A stretch of 64,000 nt of DNA from an uncultured Planctomycetia bacterium. GTDB lineage: Bacteria; Omnitrophota; Gorgyraeia; VGKH01; JBHPFN01. How positions within the stretch are numbered: the stretch's first letter is position 1; each line of letters begins with the position of its first letter. A program made the translations under genes and the position numbers. This document shows positions 58,271-64,000 of the stretch, piece by piece. The notes below the pieces were generated by a model. It did no database searches and was not told where the DNA came from. It saw nothing but the letters and a program-made list of their open reading frames with translations. The stretch is taken from the NCBI GenBank assembly GCA_964406665.1, contig CAYOSQ010000002.1, forward strand, positions 118,219 to 182,218, written 5' to 3'.

Positions 58271-59506
58271 TTAATTGCTGATAATCAAACTTTCTCCATC
58301 CATCTCTGAATAATTAACTGATAACAGATTCAAAATTGTTGGCGTTACATCTTGCATTTTACATCTACTTTTTGAAAACTTCAGTTCTTTCTTGCTCCAA
58401 ATAAGCAATGGGGTAACTGAGGAATCATCAAAATAGCCGTGCATACCTTTAACTTTCGAAGAATGATAGAAGTCCGGAGAAAAATTTATACCTTTATTAG
58501 CCCAAAATATTAATTCTCCGTATTTGTCATTAACTGGTAATCTTTTTTGCCGCAGTTCATCCTTGGAAACCTCTCTGCCATATTTACCCAAAGACCTTAG
58601 TAAAGACCTTACTTCTTTTCGAGCCTCTTCTTTTTCAAACCAAAATCTAGCCATGGGGGAACTCAAAAAAACGAGATAGTCTTTAGCTAGCTTTGCATCT
58701 AATTGCTGCAATTCTTGCCATAAGTCAACATTATCCACAACCTCAACCATATTATGATCACCCATTACAACTAAAAACTCTAATTTAGATTCAACTAATT
58801 CATATATATATTTGATCGATTTATCGATCGAACCAATAACCTCTTTAACCTCAGGTGAATTAGGGCCATATTTGTGTCCAAAGCAATCAGTTTCTCCGTA
58901 ATGAAGAACAATAACTTGATCATCTCTAAGAGCGCACCTGGACATCTTTTTATTTATATGTTCTGCTGTGCCATAGATAGATTCTACCTTAAAGCCATTT
59001 TTTTTCAAAATACCCATAAGGTTGTCTGAAGCTCCAAGCTTCTCTGTTTTTTTTCTTTTTTGAACCGACTCACTTATAGAAAAATAAGGCAATAAAGATA
59101 TAGGGATTTTGGCGAAATCTATCCAAATTCCTGTAAATGCGAAATAGATACCAGTTAAAATCGAAATATCTTTCTGCTCTACCCAAGTCCTGTGTTTGAG
59201 ATAATATAGAAACCTCCAGAGTGGCTTTAAGTTTATTGAATTCTTATGCCGAAATAAATTCTTTGGCAGAGGAAAAATCTTAAGAAGCCGAAAAGGTAAA
59301 ATAGGCTGTCCAAAACAAAAATCAGTAAAAGTGTCTGTTGTTTGGGGTGATCTACCGCTTAATAATTCTATTCGCGTAGCAAAACTAGGAGTGATTTCCA
59401 TGGACAAATATTTTGATTTTTGTTTTACGCTAAAGAGAAAAGGCATAGACCTTTCATTTATATAATCTTCATTGCAGCCATCGATAATAATCAAAATACT
59501 TAACAT
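58271..59506 (-). CDS. Alkaline-phosphatase-superfamily enzyme (type I phosphodiesterase / nucleotide pyrophosphatase-like).
   Basis: LSILIIIDGCNEDYI N-terminal metal-site region plus VVMGDHNM and HYGETDCFGHKYGP. Confidence 0.45.
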   Translation of the reverse strand: MLSILIIIDGCNEDYINERSMPFLFSVKQKSKYLSMEITPSFATRIELLSGRSPQTTDTFTDFCFGQPILPFRLLKIFPLPKNLFRHKNSINLKPLWRFLYYLKHRTWVEQKDISILTGIYFAFTGIWIDFAKIPISLLPYFSISESVQKRKKTEKLGASDNLMGILKKNGFKVESIYGTAEHINKKMSRCALRDDQVIVLHYGETDCFGHKYGPNSPEVKEVIGSIDKSIKYIYELVESKLEFLVVMGDHNMVEVVDNVDLWQELQQLDAKLAKDYLVFLSSPMARFWFEKEEARKEVRSLLRSLGKYGREVSKDELRQKRLPVNDKYGELIFWANKGINFSPDFYHSSKVKGMHGYFDDSSVTPLLIWSKKELKFSKSRCKMQDVTPTILNLLSVNYSEMDGESLIISN

Positions 59507-59532
59507 GATACTACTTTATCACCTCTTGAAAT

Positions 59533-60246
59533 CTATTTATATGCAATGCAGCGTAGATGTTTTGCAAAAAAAAGTAAAGAATTCTTAATGCGTTCAGACA
59601 AAGAAACCTTATTAGAATATTTTATTTTAGGAAACAGCTTAATACGAAAGTTGTGCTGTTTTAATAAGCGCCATAGTTTAATGGGGTTTAGTACATTAAT
59701 ATGATATGGATCTTCTCTTGACATCCATTTAATCCTTATACCTACCATGTTTAATAGCCTGACTCCAAAAAGCATTATTATGTTCCATGAATTAGGTGTA
59801 GTGAGCACTAAATAGCCACCCCTTTTTAAGACTCTCCAAATTTCTTGTAGACAAGCTCCGCCATCATCACTATCTAAGTGCTCAATTACTTCCATTAATA
59901 ATACTTTATCGAAGCTTTCGCTAGCAAAAGGTAATCTAGTGGCCTCTGCTCTAATGACGTATTTATTTCCACCTTGGCTTGCAATCTGGACAGCTTCCTG
60001 AGAATAATCCATGCCTATGGCATGCGCACCATTATTATTGCAGATTTTTACTATTTCCCCTCTCCCGCAGCCGATATCTAGGATTCTATCATCTTTTTTT
60101 GGAGCTAACATATTCGGAACAAATTCATATCCACTAAATACTCCTTCTTTAAGAAAATCGTCTGGGGTCCGGCAAAATTCTGAATAATATTTTTTGTCAT
60201 AAAGTTGTGAGGCGTAAGTTTTCTTATTTCGTTTTTTAATTTTCAT
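59533..60246 (-). CDS. Class I SAM-dependent methyltransferase (Methyltransf_11/25-like).
   Basis: ILDIGCGRGE motif I and LLMEVIEHL. Confidence 0.75.
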   Translation of the reverse strand: MKIKKRNKKTYASQLYDKKYYSEFCRTPDDFLKEGVFSGYEFVPNMLAPKKDDRILDIGCGRGEIVKICNNNGAHAIGMDYSQEAVQIASQGGNKYVIRAEATRLPFASESFDKVLLMEVIEHLDSDDGGACLQEIWRVLKRGGYLVLTTPNSWNIIMLFGVRLLNMVGIRIKWMSREDPYHINVLNPIKLWRLLKQHNFRIKLFPKIKYSNKVSLSERIKNSLLFFAKHLRCIAYK

Positions 60247-60248
60247 TT

Positions 60249-61346
60249 TTATGAAAGTAGCTTTTCATATATAGATATATGATTATCTATTACAGAATTT
60301 AATTCGTGGGTCTTTTTTACATATTCATAGCCAGTTTCTCCAAGATTTTTCCAGCGATTATTCTCTAACAAAAATTCTAGCCCTTTAGCATAGTCATCAT
60401 TTTTTACGTAACATCCGAAACTTTTAGCAAAATCGTCAGGGTCTTGCTCAGTGCCACTTAAAATAGCGCACTTGTGCGCGGCGGCTTCAAGAAAACACAT
60501 GGGTAAGCATTCTCTAACAGACGTATTAATTAAAATCCAACTTTTCTCAAGAATATTTGAAAATTTTTCGTATGAAGAAAACTTATCTACAAAACCAACC
60601 ATTTCTAGATTGGGAATTCGGCCAAATTTTTCTTTCAAGTAATTATCATATTTTTCATCATGGCTCTTACCCAATAGTAAGAATTTCACATTCGGGAATT
60701 GTTTTGCAAGCAGACAGAATAGTTCCGGACGTTTAATAATATCAAGTCTTCCTACGAAACTAACTGTTGGGTTGACAGATTTGCTTAATTGCCTTTCAGG
60801 AATTGATATAGGATTTGGTAAAAATTCTGGGTCTTTTGACAATTTGTAAATTTTCTTAGCCTTTGGTATTACGAACTTAGCTTGACAGAAAACTGCATCA
60901 GCCATTCTAACACTTTGATTATTAAAGTAATTGTGTTCATAGATATATGATAAAGGAAAGGTTATTTTTTTTGAAGAAGTCCAATATTTATGAAAAATTT
61001 CCCAATCATGTTTATCTCTTGGATCCTGACAAGTTATTATGTGTTTTCTGCTCGGCATGCTTTTCATTGCTAGATATGTTCCGAAGGAAGGTTCTTGAGA
61101 ATGATAAATATCGGAATTTGTAAGTTTGTATAGTTTTTTTACAAACAAACAGTGACTGGGCTTAAAACCATATATGGTCATCCCGTCAAGCTTTTCGATA
61201 GGTTTCTGATTTTTCCGCAGAGGGACCACAACGGAGACATCGATGCCTTTTTTAACAAGCTCCTTTCCTATTGTGCGAGCTAAACTACCAAAACCACCAT
61301 ATTTACCATAAGCAAAAATTTGACTAACAACAAAACAAATCTTCAT
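60249..61346 (-). CDS. GT4-family glycosyltransferase.
   Basis: N-terminal ICFVVSQIFAYGKYGGFGSLARTIGKELVKKG and a C-terminal E-x7-E-like region (ECLPMCFLEAAAHKCAIL). Confidence 0.7.
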   Translation of the reverse strand: MKICFVVSQIFAYGKYGGFGSLARTIGKELVKKGIDVSVVVPLRKNQKPIEKLDGMTIYGFKPSHCLFVKKLYKLTNSDIYHSQEPSFGTYLAMKSMPSRKHIITCQDPRDKHDWEIFHKYWTSSKKITFPLSYIYEHNYFNNQSVRMADAVFCQAKFVIPKAKKIYKLSKDPEFLPNPISIPERQLSKSVNPTVSFVGRLDIIKRPELFCLLAKQFPNVKFLLLGKSHDEKYDNYLKEKFGRIPNLEMVGFVDKFSSYEKFSNILEKSWILINTSVRECLPMCFLEAAAHKCAILSGTEQDPDDFAKSFGCYVKNDDYAKGLEFLLENNRWKNLGETGYEYVKKTHELNSVIDNHISIYEKLLS

Positions 61347-61348
61347 TT

Positions 61349-62284
61349 TTATTTATTCTCTTTCATAATAGAATGAAATTCTGACAAAGTAGTAAATTTT
61401 GCTCCCAAACAATTAAAAAAATTCAAAATAGCTTCAATCCTTTTTAAAATTTTTCTAGAGTCTTTTTCTCTTTTAGAATAGGGGCTTACCCCAGGAATAA
61501 TCTCAACACTATGAAACATCATGCAGAAAAATATATTTTGATTGCTGTTAAATTTTTTTAAGAACCTTCTTATCAAAAGTTTTTGTTCTAAAACAGTCAT
61601 CAGGCTTGGTCTTAACCATGAATAATAGAACCACTTGCTAGGTAAAAAGGGAAATCTTTTCCCAGAGATGCTAACCGGAACCTCTAAAATCTCTTTCTCT
61701 ACTCCTTTTTTACCAAAATCTTTTGAATCCACGAAATAAGGTTGTTCTGGGAAATCTCTAAAATTTGGTCCGTTTTTTCTTCGCCAATCTACATGAGGAG
61801 TAACGCTGCTATCAACTAGATATCCAAGCTTAGTCAATGAATTAACAGAACTTAAATCAGCACCAAATCTGCCAGCTCGGTACGACGTTGGGTTAAAGCC
61901 AATTCTTTTTTTAAAAGAGCTTGTTATGTTTTTTAATTTCTCAAATTCTATATCGTCAGAATAATCCAGGCAAGCAAACTTCTCTGCTTTTTTCCCACTT
62001 GATTCTTCAAAATCTTTTTCAGGTTCAACAAATTCAGGATGTAGATGCACGCCGAACTCTTTTTTACCTTTTAGCGATAATAAAGCAGGAATACAGTTAT
62101 CATTCTTGATAATTTCTGGGCTCAAAAAATACGTTGGCGCAACTCCAGCCTTACTGAAAATTGGTTGGAGAAGATTAGGTATCCCATCCGTAACTGATTT
62201 AAAAGTTAACGGGGAGGATCGACTCCAATCAGCGGAACAATCTGGCTCAACGTCTATTGTGACAGCAACATAAATATTACTCAT
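61349..62284 (-). CDS. Putative polysaccharide deacetylase (CE4-like).
   Basis: VAVTIDVEPD metal-site-like motif and FGVHLHPEF. Confidence 0.4.
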   Translation of the reverse strand: MSNIYVAVTIDVEPDCSADWSRSSPLTFKSVTDGIPNLLQPIFSKAGVAPTYFLSPEIIKNDNCIPALLSLKGKKEFGVHLHPEFVEPEKDFEESSGKKAEKFACLDYSDDIEFEKLKNITSSFKKRIGFNPTSYRAGRFGADLSSVNSLTKLGYLVDSSVTPHVDWRRKNGPNFRDFPEQPYFVDSKDFGKKGVEKEILEVPVSISGKRFPFLPSKWFYYSWLRPSLMTVLEQKLLIRRFLKKFNSNQNIFFCMMFHSVEIIPGVSPYSKREKDSRKILKRIEAILNFFNCLGAKFTTLSEFHSIMKENK

Positions 62285-62299
62285 AAAACTTAGCTTTCT

Positions 62300-63421
62300 T
62301 CAAGATAAAGATTCGATGATTTCCTTGTAACTTCTTGATATTTTTGACCAGTTAAATTCTTTTTCAATTCTTGCTTTTGCTTTTTCACCTAACGCTCTTT
62401 GCAAAGATTCATCGTTTATCAACATAAGCAAAGATTTCCTAATAGCAACTTGATTCCTCGGTTCGACCAGAATCGCAGCATCCCCAACAACTTCCCTGCA
62501 TCCTCCTGCGTCGGAACTAATTATAGCCATTCCAGCTGACATAGCTTCAAGTAAAACTTCTGGAAAATTTTCTTTCTCAGAAAGAAAAACAAATATTGAT
62601 GACGTATTAAATAAATCATGAAACTCTTGAGATTCTTTTTCAACTCTACCTTTAAAATTAACTTTTAAATCCAGTCTTTGAGATATTTTAATTAATTCAC
62701 TTAAGTAAGGACCATCACCAACTATATTTATTTCGTAATCGAGGCTTAAATCTTTTATTGCTTCCAAGAAATATTGGAAACCTTTAAATTTAAAGATTCG
62801 AGAAAGCAGCAGTATCTTTTTTTCTTTTTTGCTTTGAAATTTAAATTCATTTATATCAATTCCATTTGGGATAACAGTTAGCTGCGGCACCACATTATTG
62901 GCTAACCCATCATTAATTAAATTACTTAGATATCCCGAAGCACAAGTAACTCTTTCCGAGTTTCTTAAAACAGCTTTCCATAAAGGTAAAAATAGTTTGT
63001 GTTCTAGCTTAAATCTTTCTGTATTATGTCCCGGGACATCCGAACCGTGTGCTGTAATGAAATACCGCAAGCCGGTAAGTTTCTTTATGATTAAGGCTAA
63101 AACTCCGGTTGGGAAGATAAAATGGGTGTGATTAATTAAATATTGATTTTTTTTTACTAATGAATAAACTTGAGGAACGGCAAGAACAATAAAAACTAAC
63201 ATCTCGATAATATTGCTCGAGTGTTTTTTTGATCTAATGCCTGGCATTCTAAAAATATTTATGTCACCAACTTGTTCTTTTCTGGGAAGATTTTTGTATC
63301 CCATGGTTACAACATCAATTTCGTAACCTAGGTCTACTAGTTTTTTGGCTAATTTATAAGATGCATAAGAGCCTCCACCTCCGATCGGAGGAAACTCGTA
63401 ATTAATCAGTAAAATTCTCAT
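62300..63421 (-). CDS. GT4-family glycosyltransferase.
   Basis: YEFPPIGGGGSYASY N-terminal glycine motif and a C-terminal FPEVLLEAMSAGMAIISSDAGG (E-x7-E). Confidence 0.8.
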   Translation of the reverse strand: MRILLINYEFPPIGGGGSYASYKLAKKLVDLGYEIDVVTMGYKNLPRKEQVGDINIFRMPGIRSKKHSSNIIEMLVFIVLAVPQVYSLVKKNQYLINHTHFIFPTGVLALIIKKLTGLRYFITAHGSDVPGHNTERFKLEHKLFLPLWKAVLRNSERVTCASGYLSNLINDGLANNVVPQLTVIPNGIDINEFKFQSKKEKKILLLSRIFKFKGFQYFLEAIKDLSLDYEINIVGDGPYLSELIKISQRLDLKVNFKGRVEKESQEFHDLFNTSSIFVFLSEKENFPEVLLEAMSAGMAIISSDAGGCREVVGDAAILVEPRNQVAIRKSLLMLINDESLQRALGEKAKARIEKEFNWSKISRSYKEIIESLS

Positions 63422-63429
63422 ATTTAGAA

Positions 63430-64000
63430 TTAAAGACTATCCTTCACCAGATAAGTTGGATGATTGCGACTTTCATGATAAATACGAGCCATCATTTCTC
63501 CCAGAAGTCCCATCATTATAATTTGGATTCCCAAAACAGAAAACAAGATTGCTAAATATAGCAAAGGATTTCCAGTCATGTCTTTACCCTGAACCAATTT
63601 TAAAATAATTAGCATTATTCCACATGCGCCACTTAAAAACAGGGATAATATACCCCAGGTTCCAAAAAGCTGTATGGGCTTAGTCGAAAAACTTAAGAGA
63701 AATTTTACAGTGATTAAATCCAGCACTTCACGGAAAGTTCTTGATAATCCATATTTTGTTTTTCCGAACTTTCTTGGGTGATGCTGAACTTGAATCTCAG
63801 CTATGTTAACACCGTTCCAGCTTGCAAGAGCTGGTATAAATCGATGCATCTCACCGTAAAGATTTATATTCTTTACTACATCTTTTTTATAGGCTTTTAA
63901 GGTACAGCCATAATCATGTAAGTGAACGCCAGTAATGATGGATATTAAAAAATTAGCTATTTTTGAAGGAATGCGCTTGGATAGAGGATCATTTCTTTTC
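63430..64000 (-). CDS. GT2-family polyprenyl-phosphate sugar synthase-like glycosyltransferase (ArnC/DPM-synthase-like). The C-terminal part is in the window; the N-terminus lies beyond 64000.
   Basis: My translation upstream of the annotated Met continues in-frame to the window edge: ...IANFLISIITGVHLHDYGCTLKAYKKDVVKNINLYGEMHRFIPALA...KFGKTKYGL. Two C-terminal TM helices follow. Confidence 0.8.
   Translation of the reverse strand, partial: KRNDPLSKRIPSKIANFLISIITGVHLHDYGCTLKAYKKDVVKNINLYGEMHRFIPALASWNGVNIAEIQVQHHPRKFGKTKYGLSRTFREVLDLITVKFLLSFSTKPIQLFGTWGILSLFLSGACGIMLIILKLVQGKDMTGNPLLYLAILFSVLGIQIIMMGLLGEMMARIYHESRNHPTYLVKDSL

Noticed and set aside
1293-63131. All plus-strand ORFs in the six-frame track, for example 1293-1541, 10863-11441 (192 aa), 12571-12960, 19589-20065, 42789-43115, 44654-44935, 48469-49018.
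   Set aside because: Each lies entirely inside a well-supported minus-strand gene (GGDEF, MreB, AroA, ProC, PilX-like, ExbB, UvrA and others). Their translations are low-complexity Ser/Leu/Phe/Ile-rich shadow frames with no recognisable motifs. I judge them to be antisense artefacts of the AT-rich coding strand.
1-64000. CRISPR arrays, tandem repeats, IS elements and transposases.
   Set aside because: By eye I saw no regularly spaced direct repeats, no inverted-repeat-flanked transposase, and no DDE or serine/tyrosine recombinase ORFs. The only conspicuous palindromes are the short regulatory candidates I list above.

Overview
This is a low-GC (~33-35%) bacterial chromosomal segment. Every gene I can support, about 65 CDS and 3 RNA genes, is on the minus strand. 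From coordinate 1 upward the window contains: (i) a c-di-GMP signalling block (GGDEF cyclases plus a standalone MshEN-type receptor domain) fused to two tandem PilB/GspE ATPases; (ii) the rod-shape operon mreB-mreC-mreD-mrdA(PBP2)-rodA; (iii) housekeeping genes (aroA, rluD, lspA, a DksA/TraR-like gene, ileS, mtnP, proC, yggS, plsY, pgsA, lepB, lepA, cmk) interleaved with aromatic amino-acid biosynthesis genes (tyrA, DAHP synthase, hisC-family aminotransferase, pheA), then scpB, ruvA, ruvC, yebC; (iv) an RNase P RNA gene partly overlapped by an RNase H CDS, a zinc-ribbon protein and two tRNAs (Val-CAC, Met/Ile2-CAU); (v) a complete type IVa pilus assembly locus (three pilins, PilC, a third PilB, PilQ, PilP, PilO, a PilM-PilN fusion, a small HTH); (vi) a TolQ/ExbB-TolR/ExbD motor pair with small unknown proteins and an 829-aa TPR protein; (vii) uvrA; and (viii) a 13.5-kb surface-glycan modification locus (DegT aminotransferase, GT-C PMT/ArnT-like transferase, flippase-like protein, B12-radical SAM enzyme, PfkB kinase, nucleotidyltransferase-fold protein, AlkP-like enzyme, two methyltransferases, two GT4, a CE4-like deacetylase and a GT2 that runs off the window end). 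I see no CRISPR array, IS element, integrase or obvious prophage. The most interesting content is the c-di-GMP/MshEN module wired to three PilB paralogs, the RNase H-rnpB overlap, and the unusual glycan locus that pairs a B12-radical SAM enzyme with a kinase/NTase/AlkP triad.
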